Made by a program: the position numbers and the translations under genes. From Eledone cirrhosa (lineage: Eukaryota), in NCBI GenBank assembly GCA_964016885.1, contig OZ024743.1:362266001-362330000 (forward strand): DNA of 64,000 nt, read 5' to 3'. The notes under the pieces were generated by a model that was given only the letters and a program-made list of their open reading frames with translations, ran no database searches and had not been told where the DNA came from. Below are positions 11,101 through 24,918 of the stretch, in pieces; positions within the stretch are counted from its first letter, which is position 1, and each line of letters opens with the position of its first letter.

Positions 11101-13224
11101 TCTAGTACAGGAGTTCCCCACGTCCTCGGGGAAGTTCTGTTTGAGCATTGCGTAGGTGTCCCTTGGGACCCTAATCCTTTTTAAATGCGATTTAGTCGCC
11201 GCGTTGGTGAACATTTTCCCTTCGGTTTCCACCGAAGGGTCTTTGTCTATTGTTTGTACAAGTGTTTTGTTGTTTGTGTTGATGTATGTATACTGTTTTT
11301 GTTGTGTTGTGTTTGTTTGTTGTTCTTGTGTGTTTGCGTTTTGTAGTATGTGTTATGTTTTCGGGAGGGGTGGGTTTTTTGTTTGTGATATTTGTTCTGT
11401 TTGGGCTGGTGATTGTGTGTTTGTTGCATTTTTGTTAATGTGGTGCTTTCTTTTCTTTCTTTTTACTGGTTGAAAGGGTTCTCCCTCGTCGTCACTGGGT
11501 GACGTTGATAAGGAGTCCTCGTCTGTGTTGTTGGGGAGGGGCATATTTTGGGGTTTTGTTGTGGTTGTGGGTGCTTTTGTGTTTGTTTTAGGTGGGGAAG
11601 GGTTGGGTGGGACGGTGTCTTGTGTTGTTATTTTTTCGTGTTGTGGTTGTTGTTGTTGTTGTTGTGGTGGTGGTGGTGGTGGTGGTGGTGGTGGTGGTGG
11701 TGGTGGTGGTGGTGGTTGTGTTGTTGTTGTGTGTGGGGTGGGCAGGAGCGTCTTTTTTTTGGAGGGTGGCATTTAAAAGGGGAAGGGAGTCCTCAGGTGA
11801 CCACTTCTTGAACAGTGGTAGCATGAAGGCCGCCTGCCCTCGACAGAAATGTTTATGAAGGCAACTCCATCCAGGGACACCCGCTGCGGTATTCTTGCTA
11901 TCCGTTCTGGTCTCATTTGGACCAGAACTTCAAGGCTATTGCCGCTGAATACGCCCCCGGTGGATTCGGCTATCAAGAGGATTGTGTCCTCATCGTCTAA
12001 GAATCCCGTTAGCACCCACCAAATGCTCGCATTTGGCCTGATGCCCGAGATTCTTATCCTTTGAGTTCTTTTCCCCAAATATGTGGGGAAAAAGGTGTAT
12101 GATTCGGATACAATTGGCGATACAGAGTATTTCCGTGCCACCAATTGATCTTTCATTAGCACAGATATGCTTCCATACAGTTTCCCTTTCTGTATGAAAG
12201 CGATATCTTTCCAGGCACTACTTAGGACCACCTCAATTTTACTTTGGGATAATTGAGCCAGTTTCCTAGTTGCGGTGGAAATTGTTCTAAAAGTTAGTTC
12301 TGAGGACTGCGTCTTTTCTAATTTCTTCGAGGGAGGTAATTGTGAATTCCCCACCTTCCCCAAAAGTTACACAATTTCTTGCCTCCTTCAGCAACTCCCT
12401 GGCATTCGAGATGTCCAGTGCCCTGTAAGTCTGTGTCTCTCGGAGCGCCTATGCGAAAAAGACTCCAGTCGTGGGTCCGCTCTCTTTGGTGTTGTTATCA
12501 TTATTGTTGTTATTGTTGTTGTTGTTCTTGTTGTCACTGATGTTGATATTGTTCGTATTTTCCTTGGTGTTGGTGTTGTTGTAGTCTTTGATGTTGGTAT
12601 TATTGGTGTTGTCTTTATTTTTTGTTCTTTGTTGTTGTTGTCATTGTTGTTTTTATCATCATTATTGGTGTTGTTGTTGTTATTGTTGTTGTCATTGTAC
12701 TGTTTGGTGTCATTTGTGTCGTTTGGATTTGAATTTGTTTTTACAATTTGATTTCGTCTTTCCATCTCCATAGTGTTTTTTTCATGTGTATGTATGTTAA
12801 TAGGTTTAATTTCTGTGTTTTCATGTGAGTTAGTGTTATTTTTCTCCGCTTCGACGGTAGAAATTGTACAATTTTCGAGTAGTAACATTTTTTCCTCTTT
12901 GTTGACAGTCGTATCTATGGCGACATCCATAGTAGCAGAAGCAGATATAACGTTAATATCTGCTTCTTTCTCTCTCTTTTCTTTATTGACGTTCTCCAGC
13001 GTTCTTGTGTTGTTCAAGTTATATAGTTGGCAAAATTTGATATTTTAAAACAATTTTTAAAATAAAATGTTCGCCCCTAAAGGGGCGAAAAATGGCATTA
13101 CCACCCAGCTGACAATTCAGCTTCGAGGTTAATCTACAAAATAATATGTTTTTCCAAACAATTTGTTCTGTTTTTCGTATATAAATTTACAAAAAATCTT
13201 ACCGGCGATGTTTCACGCGTCAGA
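8151..13224 (-). mobile_element. Tx1-like LINE copy C, RT core deleted, probably chimeric
   Basis: ORF1 pieces 10864-13017 (CYHCSRSGHL); APE 10007-10876; linker 9487-9918; C-terminus 8390-9341 (CPRCVRDEETVARAFIHC). No YADD: deletion junction near 9347. Confidence 0.9.
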
Positions 13225-15798
13225 CAGAAAGATAGATAGATAACTTTCTTTTTATTTGCCACCAAGGCATCAAAGAGTGGGACAAGTACAATGGGGGGAG
13301 TTTACATAAAAAGGCGTCCTCACTAAGGAGGAGGCAATAACAAAATATAAAAATATAAAATATAAAATATAAGAAAAATAAATTGAATAACAAAATCCTC
13401 AATAGGGAGGAGGCGCCTTGGGGGGTCGCACACACCCGCGAAAAAAGTGTGCAACCCTTCTCCTCAGGAGCACAGAGAGAGGGTGCTCCCTTGATCTTTC
13501 AACTTTCTCACCTACAGTCTGGTGTAGAGTGAAGGCCCATTCACACGGGCCATTCTCGCCACTTTCACCCATCTTTCATAAAAACGGCTGGGGTGCAGTA
13601 CCTCTCTCTCCATCCTGATCCTTCTTCCGAAATGATATCGGAAGAAACGGACCAGTCGTTGGCCAGAGAGAAAGGTGTCTGACCTCAGTCCTTTCAGACG
13701 CGTCCACCATACAACCTCTTTCACCATGGCTATTACGCACAGAAACACCGCCTCTCCTTCGTTTTTGAAGAGAGGAGGCGGCTTGATCGTTACAATGGAC
13801 TCGGTGGTCAACCGGATCGGTCCCACCCCTGACAACAGTCGTTCGACATAGCCCCACAGATCGGCAATGCCCGAGCAGTGTACCAATGCGTGTGCAACGG
13901 TTTCCTCGTCGCACACGCATCTTGGACAGATCTTTTTCGGGGGGTCCCTACCCGGGCGCCCGTGTCTGTAGAGCCTTTCTTGAACGCGCAGAGCCCCTCG
14001 GTAGCACTGCCAGGCCAGGGACCTCTGGAAGTTATTCATAGGTCCCGTGCTGAATGTCCTACCGAACAGGTTGGCCAGTTCGTTTTCCTCCAATCCTAGG
14101 GCTTCTTCGAAGGCGTCGTCGCACCTGCTAACCACCAGCCCTCTATAGAATGACGAGGTGGATTCTCCACTGACAGCCGGGTCCGCCTGCCAGAGAGCCG
14201 TGAGCGCCTGGGCACACTCGGTGTGCCAGGCGACCAGTTTTCTCGGTCTTTGCTTGACCCAGGATTGCAGCTCGGTGAGCGAGACGAGTCTGGGAAAGGC
14301 TCGCCTCACAAACGGGGCCCACAACGGTTGACCGGTGAGGAATACCTGGAGGTGCCGTAGCCTTAATGCGTGTTTACGCATCATCAGCCACGGCATTCCC
14401 AGCCCTCCTTTCGAAGGGTGTTGACAGCAGATGGATCTCCTCACCATAGGAGCCCGCTTCTTCCAAAGGAATTGGAAGTGTGCGCCCTCCATTTTGGCGA
14501 GCGTTTCCCTTGGGCAAGGAACGATGGTCAGGCGGTAGTAGATGACGGACGCTATATAAGTGTTCGCCACCTCCACCTGACCTTTCAGGGACAGTTTACA
14601 CTCGGCCCACTTCTGGGTCAGTGCAAACACCCTGTTCGTTACCTCACCCCAGTTCTACTCCACCTGGAGGTCTTGTCCGAACCAGACCCCGAGCAACTTC
14701 ACCGGGCCCTCCGACCAGCGCCCGACGACGCCATCGGAGGGCATCGATTTGCCCCTCCACGTGCCGAGTTGCAGACCGATCGACTTGTCCCTGTTCAGCT
14801 TAGCCCCTGTAAACCTTTCGTACTCCTCCAGTAAGGTGCCGATCGCCCCAATTTCCGAGGCCGTCGACACCATTACTGTTACGTCATCGGCGTAGGCCGA
14901 CATCGCTTTACGCAATCCCGGTTCCAACGGGATGCCCTGCAACAACTCCAACTTCCGCAGCAGTGGCTCTAGAGTCACTACATATAGAAGGGAGCTGAGA
15001 GGGCACCCTTGTCGGATGGACCGCGCGATTTCGAAAGGCTCCGAGAAGTAGCCGTTCACCTTGACCCTAGAGTAGATGCGGCTGCTGTGCATGGCATTGA
15101 TCCAGCCCCTGAAAACGGGTCCGAACCCAGCCGCCGCTACGACCGCATCCAGGTAACCATGGTCGATCCTATCGAACGCCTTAGATTGATCCAAGTTGAT
15201 CAGGGCCCCACCAAAGCCGGGTTCGTTCCCAACCCTCTCTATGATGTATCACATGAGGTGGAGGTTGTCGTGGATGGACCTGGATGGGATAGCACATGTC
15301 TGCGCATCTCCCACCAGGTTGCCCACGACAAGTGCCAGCCTCTTTGCTAGCACCTTGGCCAAAATCTGTAACTCTGTATTTAGCAGAGTTATGGGCCTGA
15401 AATTATTTATATCGTCCCCCTTGTTCTCGTCCTTCCTCACTAACGTGACTACGCCCTTGGTCACAGAACAGGGAATTCTCCCGGTCTGTTGCCAGTTGCA
15501 GTAGACCGTCTCGAGGAGATCGGGGAACAAGTCCGGCATAGCTAGATATAGTTCGTATGGAAGACCATCGTGACTCGGGGATTTGCGTTTGCCGCATTGG
15601 CTCAGCAAGTCCTCTATCTCAGCGGCTGAAATCGGCTCCTCGCAGGACTTCGCCTCCATGTCCGAGAGACGCGGCAGGCCGTCGAGGTATGGACCGAAGC
15701 CCACTTCCCCAACCGGCTCCCCGCCCCTTCCGAACAATCTGGCAAAGTGCTTTTGAAAAGCCTCGCACATCTGCTTAGGTTCAAGGATCACCCGTCCA
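13225..15798 (-). mobile_element. Tx1-like LINE copy D, 5'-truncated, RT to 3' end with short (TATC) tail
   Basis: FRPITLLN, DQSKAFDRI, RQGCPLS, AYADD and CPRCVCDEETVAHALVHC in ORFs 15249-15791, 14655-15194 and 13512-14630. Confidence 0.9.
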
Positions 15799-15929
15799 TA
15801 TGGCGTATATATATGGCGTTGTTATTTGACGTTGTTGAAAAGAGCAGTAGCATTTGACCCGGCAATAAAAACTGGAGACAAAATTCTGTGTACCAAAAAC
15901 AAGGCACACACAGACACACACACAAGTTT

Positions 15930-15960
15930 GTTTGTGTGTGTGTTTGTTTGTGTGTGTGTG

Positions 15961-16021
<61 letters not shown>

Positions 16022-16077
16022 GTGTGCGTGCGTGCGTGTATGTGTGTGTGTGTATCTATCTATGTATATATATATAA
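15930..16077. repeat. (TG)n/(TA)n microsatellite
   Basis: Visible dinucleotide run. Confidence 0.9.
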
Positions 16078-16638
16078 GGGATACAGATATTTTTGTTCAC
16101 TGTCACCAAGCATCTCAATTCAATCGTTGCAACTTAGTTTGTGATCGAGGCACTTTATTTTGCAAGGTAATATTTTCCATTGAGTTTGTGATTCAAGAGA
16201 AAGGTAAGAATTTTTTTCATATTTTGCATCTTTTGTATTTTGACTTTATAGTTTGAATTCTAGAATTGTCTATCCACTCAAAATATTACAACAGCTAACA
16301 GTGAAATATAGAATTTTAAAAAAAGCTTTTTCGACTGAGATCAAATCTTTGAGAACATTCACGTCTTTTTTTTTATTTTTAAATATATAATTTGAAATAG
16401 CTTGCTTTTGTTTTCGACTGAAATTTTATTGTATTTAATTCGTACGAGTATTTTTTAAAGATCTTTTTAAAGATTCTAACATAACTTGATTTGGCCCAGT
16501 AATCTACTGATATTAAAATCAGTAGTATATTGAAAAATGGAAAAATAGGGTAGGGGGTGTTTCGTGATTTTGAGAGGCAAAAGGGGGCGTTTGGCCGAAA
16601 TGGGTTGAGAACTTTTGTGCTAAACTAAGGTATTTCTA

Positions 16639-16870
16639 TTGAATCAATACCACCAAAAGCAATCCTGGAAATATGTCGGTTTGTCAGAGAACCAGTTTAA
16701 AAGCCGCTTACTTAATCACGAAACGACCTTCAAATACCCAAACAAAAGAATCACCACAAATTTGACGAATAATATATGGCAACTCAAAGATAAGAACATA
16801 AACTCTACGATACTAGAAAAATCTCGACCATATATAAATGGCCTCAAGGCCTGCAGATGATACAATGAAG
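16639..16870 (+). pseudogene. Penelope-like GIY-YIG endonuclease fragment
   Basis: KYVGLSENQFKSRLLNHETTFK...IWQLKDK...ILEKSRPY resembles the PLE GIY-YIG YxG...R..NH pattern. Confidence 0.65.
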
Positions 16871-17426
16871 TGAAATGGTGGATATTGAATAATCCCCACA
16901 ACAATACACACGTACAGAGTTCTCGTGATGTTCGTATGTTTCTAAGCACTTTTTAAAGAACTGGCCCCTTTATCTATCGATTTCTTTCTAACCTCCTCAT
17001 AATTATTAGTTATTTTCGCGTTTGTTCACGTGTTTTCGGTCAAATTGTCTCCTTTAGAACAACCAGCTTATCTGCTCTTGATTTGGGGCTCTACTCCCTT
17101 ACTCTATTGTTCTGTTATTTCTTTCTTGTGTAAACATTTTCCTGTTCATTTCCATCGTTACATGTTGAACCAGTTGGTCCTCGGGGCTAACGAACGTACG
17201 TACTTGGTATGGCGCTGTTGTAGTAACTGGCCTTAATAATTATATTCAAACTCGCACTATAGACTTTAGTTGTTCTATTTCTTGGATATTTTTACGATGT
17301 ATATGTGTATGTATGTATATGTGTGTGTGTGTGTGTTTGTGCGTGTGTGTGTGTAAAGGACAAACAAACGCAGAAGTCAAATGTACATAGTTGTATTAGG
17401 ATCACGCTTCGTGGGAGTGTAGGAGG

Positions 17427-17462
17427 TTTCAACGTTTCGGAAAGAAGTCCTTCATCAGGAAA
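17427..17462 (-). ncRNA. Minimal type I hammerhead ribozyme motif (Penelope-type)
   Basis: Minus strand reads TTTC-CTGATGA-A-GGA-cttctt-TCC-GAAA-CGTT-GAAA: intact core, 4-bp stem I, 3-bp stem II and palindromic AACGTT stem III. Confidence 0.6.
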
Positions 17463-17709
17463 GTTGAGAGGAACTGCGAGAAGGAGTGAGGAGGGTTGTA
17501 AGGAGGGAAGTACCAACAAGAAGAACCGATAGACTTGATAATGAGTACTCAATATCATAGTCGAGGTTAGTATTTTTCTTATTAAAGCCAAGTCAGTCCT
17601 ATAACTCTGGAGTTTGTCTTATTTATTATAGAGGGGTATTGCCTAACGAACGTGTGAATACACAAGCGAAACTCCTGAGTAATGGGACTGAGGTTTGGCT
17701 TTGATAATG

Positions 17710-17784
17710 AATATATATATATATACATACACTCACACATATATATATATAGAGAGAGAGGGGTGGTGAGAGATAGATGGATAG

Positions 17785-17867
<83 letters not shown>

Positions 17868-18008
17868 TATATATATATATAGTTAGATACACACATACAC
17901 ACTCACATATATATATATACTTACGCATATGAATATGTGTATGTGTTTGTGTTTTTTTGTTCATGTATTGTATTTTCGTATATAAAGATTGTTTTACTAT
18001 CGTTTTTT

Positions 18009-18094
<86 letters not shown>

Positions 18095-18541
18095 TAGGTA
18101 TGTGCTTGTGTACATTATGTCTACATGCAGGTAGCCAGGCATGAAGGTATATGTATGTGTGCATATGCTTATACAGTGTATATTTATAAATGTCTACATA
18201 TGGTAGTTTGTAATGTTTCTCTTATTTTCTCTTACATGGAAGCATTTTGACTATTTTGGCATTGTGAGCATCTGTTTATTGATTTTTTATTAACTAACAG
18301 AAACATCTAAAATATAAACAAAAACGACAATAATAAAAAGAAGGAATTTTTGAGAATGCATATCAACCAAGTGAATTCAATTGGAACGTACATACGACTG
18401 GATATTGCTTTAACTTGTACATGGTCGGTACTTATTTATCAAAATATCTATATTGCACAGGTATAAGCGCGCGCACACACATATATATATATATATATAC
18501 ACACACTTTTTATCTTACTCATTCTCCCCCTGTCTCAATAC

Positions 18542-18630
<89 letters not shown>

Positions 18631-18660
18631 CATACATATATATATGTGTGTGTGTGTGTA
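17710..18660. repeat. Compound microsatellites (TA)n, (GATA)n, (GA)n
   Basis: Visible runs at about 17770-17880, 18010-18085 and 18540-18625. Confidence 0.85.
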
Positions 18661-19964
18661 TTTATGTATGTATGCATGCATGCATATATCTGGATATATA
18701 CGTGTGTGAGTGTATGTGTTTACTTAATCCTCTTTTACTCTTGTGGCACAAAGGAATGCCTAATCATATGTTTCAGAATTTGTGTATATGACATAGACGG
18801 GGAGAGAAAGGTGAAGAGGGAGAAAGAGTAGAGTTGAAGTGTGAGTCAAAATTTGCTTTTGTTTTTGCTTTTCTCTCCCCCTACTCCCGCTCCCGCCTTG
18901 ACTTACTGAGTTTCGTAAAAAATAATAAATACACCAATATTCTCCCATTCCTCTCCATTTTCATGCACGTACTTTTGTCCTGAAACTATTATTTCTGAAT
19001 TAAGTTACATTAAGTATTGATTTCTATCTTGTCTTGGCAGAATTCCAACAGTATATCTCACAAGAAAAGCATGTATAGTCGATTGAGCCGACGACTCCAG
19101 TAATATATTGAAGACGATTCACGTGAGGTATCGACCAGGCTTTGAAAGAAATGCGAACTCGACTTTTATCGACCCTGGTTTATGAAATGTGGTATGGTAT
19201 TTGAAATTCGGTGCAGCGAACAAGATTTACTGAAGCGCTCTACTACCTTGGTCCATTAATGCACTAAGGTGCATTAAATTATTGCATTAAATAAATTTAG
19301 AAAAGCACATACGTAAATTTTAGTGGGCGAAGGCATTGCTTAGTGATTGGGAAGTTCTCTTCCCAATCATGTAGTTTCGAGTTCACTCGCATTACACGCA
19401 ATCTAGATAATTTATAATTTTTATATATCGTCAGGTTGACCAATGATTTATTAATGAATTTTGTAGACGGAAACTGCAGAAGCCCGTGCGTGTGTGTGTG
19501 TATATATATATATGTGTGTGTGTGCATGCGTGCGTGTAGCTATGATCCACAACATTAGGGTTCACGAAGAGAGGTCGATAGCATAAGCAACAAACTGAAA
19601 CAAATATGAAAGAAATATGTACTGTAACAGAATTCCTTTAAAGCGGTCCCCAGTGATGATCGCAGTCTAATGATTCAAACCAGTAAAAGAATAAATAAAT
19701 ATGTTGATTATGTTATAGGCAGTGAATCATGAATTATTGATGGAATCATGAGGGCGTCGTACCATCTGCCTTGCGGGATATAAATGCGAACCTCTATGTA
19801 TTAATTTCAAATTCTATCGCAGTCAACATTACCACCTTATCTTTCGATGAGTCGATAAAATAAGTACCATTCATATACTGGAGTCGATATAGTCAACTAT
19901 AAAACTCCTGCATATATCAGGATGAATGCCTCGTGTTGATTTTTAATTTAGAATCTAGGTCAGC

Positions 19965-20152
19965 AAATGCTTGGTGGGAGGGTAAGATTGATTAAATCAA
20001 CTCCAGTATTTAATTAGTACTTTATTCTACCCACTCCCGAAGAATGAAAGGCAAAGTCAACTTCAGTGGGATTTGAACTCAGAATATAAAGAGCCAGAAC
20101 AATACAACGTTACCATTTTATCCAATGCTCAACAAATTCTGCCAATCCACCA
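19965..20152 (-). mobile_element. Diverged tRNA-derived SINE (same family as 34715-34904)
   Basis: gtactttattctac...gaaaggcaaagtcaac...gggatttgaactcag...ctgccaatccacc. Confidence 0.6.
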
Positions 20153-21918
20153 ACCTTTACAGCTGCTTAAAATTAAATGTCAATCAGTTAACTCTGTCGT
20201 AGTTTTGACATAGATTTATGGAGATCAAGCAAACTGAAGGTCAAAGGCTTTCCAGCCATGATCAGTAAGTGTTATTTCCAAACAGATTGCAATTAAGAGT
20301 ACCTCACCCAATGTCTTTCCTGTGTAATTAATGAGTTCGCTTCGAAACCTCGTGGGTCTGAGTTCAATCTCTTTCAGCGCTACCTTGGGCAGGTTTCTTC
20401 TACAATATAGGATCAATGCCTCGTGACTGGAATTTGGAAGACAGAAAATAAAGATAAAACTACCAGCTCAGTACTGATACACCTCTTTCTCTTCCTAGTT
20501 ATCACGTCCCACGTGTTCAGCTGAATAAAGCGAAAGGATCGAGATGTGTCTGTGTCTACTCCCGAAGGCATAGGCATCTAAATCCCATAGCGAAAACATA
20601 GTACATGCTACCAACTCATACAAGATTGCGAGCGACGGCCGTAGTTATATACATATACGTGTGCATCAGTAGCCTGTATGTATGTGTCTGTGTGTGTGCG
20701 TATGTGTGTGTATGCGTGTGCGTGTGTATGTGTGTGTGTGTGTGCGTGTAGCATAATGTTCAACAAGAAATCAGAGTGCTCTACATTCAGATTACAGATA
20801 ATATTTATTTGCATTTCGTATACATAATATTACATCATCAGCTACCAATGGTTTCAAGACACAACGGGCTAATGGGTTTACAAGTGGCAGAATAATAAAT
20901 AATGAGAGTCTCACGCAAGAATATAGTTCGACTGAAGGGATAAATAGGGAAAAAGTTAACCCTTGTTGACCGTAAACATGTGGAATTTCCTTATACTCAA
21001 TGGTTATTCTACTTGTGAATGTATATATATAGATACAGAGTGCGTCACAAATGTACACATACATAATCATTCATGAGAACATATCTATAAATGATATATT
21101 GATACATTGAATGGAAAGTAAGAAAGAAGGAAACTGAAACTGGTGTGTATAGATGATTAAAAGAGGGGTCTGTGTGTTTTCAGTGAATAAATGCTATCTT
21201 GATAATATCTTAACCTAGAATCCAGTCATGCACGAAGAGCGTAATGCATTATAATGTGCAAGTAATTGAGAGCTTAAGAATAGTCAGTTAAATTGGGTTT
21301 CGGCGTTGCATTATGCTTCCAAAAGGAGAGTAAATATTTTTTTGAAATGAAGGCAATTAGTGAAGGTCTCGTTTAAAAAAAAAAAAACAACAACAATATA
21401 ACAACCGAAACAACACAGTATGGCAGTTGAGCGCATGAAAGTTCCACACATTAACATCACTTTGTCAATGATGAACTTCAGCAACATATTCAACTTCTGC
21501 TTATATTTCTGTGCTCACTGTACTGATGAAAAAACAAGTAGATGTGGTATAAAAACTAAAGTGTCATCATGAAAACAAGTTCAATTTTTCATAACACACC
21601 GAAACTACCAAGCTACATGAAACGAACGTAAGCGCACGCTAAAGCGAAAGTCAATAGGTTAGCATTCCATTCACCAAATTGACCGGGAATCAATGATATA
21701 TTTCATCACCTTGATTAACTCCAAAATGAGGAATGTCCAAAGGTAGGATCATGAAACTCTAGGTATCAGAATCATGAAAGCGGGAGAAAATAAGTCGGTT
21801 TATTAAATATTTACTAAAGACCAGCGATTTTCCTTAGTTGGGTCGTAGTTTACTATGTAAACAATCACATTTACAAACACACGCACACACATACATCCAT
21901 AAATACACACTCATATAC

Positions 21919-21952
<34 letters not shown>

Positions 21953-22308
21953 GGGGAGAGGGGGGAGAGTAACTTCTACAGGACTAGAATTATTTCATTC
22001 GTATGAAATCATCACGAATGAAATAGTTCTAGTCTAGTAGAAGTCAGTTCTATACATAATAAAGATGTCTATACTCTACAAGTGTATTGAGTACCTTTTT
22101 TAACTGACTCCCACCTCACCCCCGACACACCTCGGGAATCTACATACATGCATACATATACACACACACAAACATGATTATATATATAAATATAGAAGTA
22201 GTTCCACAACAGTTAATTCACCATTTCCGAGAACAATTCGAATCATCAGTTCGGTCTCATGGACTGAATGTTCCACTACTACTGATATAACCCACCAATG
22301 TTCTACTT

Positions 22309-22398
<90 letters not shown>

Positions 22399-22509
22399 AT
22401 TTAATATAGAAATGGCTTCTACATGAGTAGAACTGTTCAAAAGAAATCATCATGAAAGCCAACTGTCCTTGTATAACTGTTGTATTTATATGATTCTGGT
22501 AGTTGGTGG

Positions 22510-22830
22510 AGATGGTGATTTTGCATTGAAGTCCCCGAGTATGATGACTTTGTCATCGGCGGGGTTGGCTCCTAGGACGTTTCTCAGACCTGAGTAGAAC
22601 CTATTTTTGTCCGCAAGATCCGCTTGAAGTGTTGGGGCGTAACCGTTGATAAGCGTGGCATGCTGACGGCAATGGAGAGAAAGGCGCATGGACATGATGC
22701 GATCACTGTGTCTGGTTGGATGGTCGGACAGTTTGGAGGCAATGGAATCCATCACCAAGAAGCCCACTCCTGCAAGGTGCTTCTCCTCCGTTCATCGTCC
22801 GCTCTAGTAGAGTATGTAGCCCGCGCCATG
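22510..22830 (-). pseudogene. RTE-clade APE endonuclease fragment
   Basis: GVGFLV...SDRIMSMRL...YAPT...FYSGL...IILGDFNAK. Confidence 0.7.
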
Positions 22831-22836
22831 CTACCT

Positions 22837-24918
22837 GGGAATTACAAGTACAATCCATTATGGAACAGTAAAGATATGTAAAAGATTACAAAAATTCTGC
22901 ATCTATAACTGCATATACACATGTACAGATACAAAGCATATGCACATGCGCACATATAACTTAAAACATACACACATACATTAACATCCATACCTGCACA
23001 CACATGCATGCAGACATGCATACCTATCTACCAATGAGAGAGGTTGTATATCTATGAGCATTAGCGCTCCTAGCAATGTTACTAACTGCATCAGTACTAA
23101 GTGAGAGTTCTGTGAGAGGCTAAGCTTCACATAACCAGAAAGAGCACGGCTAGTTAGAAGTTGCAAGTGCAGTCCATTAATTGAAATGTTAAAATATGTA
23201 AAACATTTAACAATTCAGCATTTAATAACTGCATTTCCTCATATATATATATATACAGAAACATATGCACGTGTTCACATATAACTCAAAACATAGAGAT
23301 CCTTAAATGCAATACCAACCATACTTGCACACACAAAAACACATACAGACATGAAAACGCATTTACCTAGTTCATGTAGTCTAAATTCCAATAAAAGAGT
23401 CTTGTTTTTATATTAGTAACCGTCTCACTCTATTGGTGAAACAGTATGAAATATTAAAACCAGAAGAACATACATAAACACATACATGCATACATACAAA
23501 AACCCCAATAAAATGCAGGCATAACAGACCAGATATTATGATATGGGACAGGGAGAAGAAAACATGCACAGAAGTGGAAATTAGCTGCCCAGCAGATACC
23601 AATATAATATCAAAGATTAGTGAAAAGGAGAATATTTATGCAGAACTGATGAGAAATCTGCAGATACTCCACCCTGATTACACCTTCAGATTTATGCCTG
23701 TGATTATTGGGGCACTGGGATATGTTGGTAACTGCCTCAATACTAATCTTGAGAAGCTATGCTTCATAGGAACAGAAAGAACACAACTAGTTAGGAAACT
23801 ACAAGTACAATCCATTAACGAAACAGTAAAAATATGTAAAACATTCCAAAAATGTTGCATCTAATAACTGCATATACACATGTACAGATACAAAGCATAT
23901 ACACATGCACATATACAACTCAAAACATCCACATCCACACATACAATAACATCCATATCTACACATGCATGCATACATACATATCTACCTAGTTGATGTT
24001 GTGTAAATTCCAATGAGAGAGTCTTGTGTCTATGTTAGAAACCGACTCTCTCTATTGGTAACACTTTGTGAAATTATAAAACCAGAAGAACATACATACA
24101 TATGTCCAAAGATGTCATCGGTCATAAGCAGCTGCCCAAAGGTGTCATCGCGGTACTATCTACCTATGAGGCATGATGTAGTGGCCAAAACACTGTACAA
24201 TGCAATCCGTAGACAAGATAGCCCTGATGATAAACACATTAAAATCTACAGCAATGTGGACGACATACATATACATAATACGAAAGAGTAGTGGTGGAAT
24301 GTTCCAGTAAAAATCCCAATAAAATGCAGGCATAACAGACCAGATATTATGATATGGGACAGGGAAAAGAAGTCATGAACAGTAGTGGAAGTTAGCTGTC
24401 CAGCAGATGCCAATATAATATCAAAGATTAGCGAAAACGAGAATATTTATGCAGAACTGATGAGAAATCTGCAGATACTCCACCCTGATTACACCTTCAG
24501 ATTTATGTCTGTGATTATTGGAGCACTGGGATATGTTAGTAACTGCCTCAATACAAATCTTGAGAAGCTGGGCTTCACAGGAACAGAAAGAATACGACTA
24601 GATAGGAAATTACAAGTACAATCCATTAATGGAACAATAAAAATATGTAAAACATTCCAAAAGTGTTGCATCTACCAACTGCATATACACATGTACAGAT
24701 ACAAAGCATATGCACATGCACACATACAACTCAAAACATCCACATCCACACATACAATAACATCCCTACCTACACATGCATGCATGCAGACATGCATACA
24801 TATCTACCTAGTTGATGTTGTGTAAATTCCAATGAGAATCTTGTAACTATGTTAGAAACCGACTCTCTCTCTCTATTGGCAAAAATTTGTGAAATTATAA
24901 AACCAGAAGAACATACAT
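22837..24918 (+). mobile_element. Tandem 5'-truncated R4/Dong-like RLE non-LTR fragments (3-4 copies)
   Basis: CPK..SRYYLPMRHDVVAK, WWNVP, HNRPDIMIWD..EISCP..KENIY..PVIIGALG (RLE nuclease). Copies end in AAAACCAGAAGAACATACAT at ~23475, ~24095 and ~24915. Confidence 0.8.
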
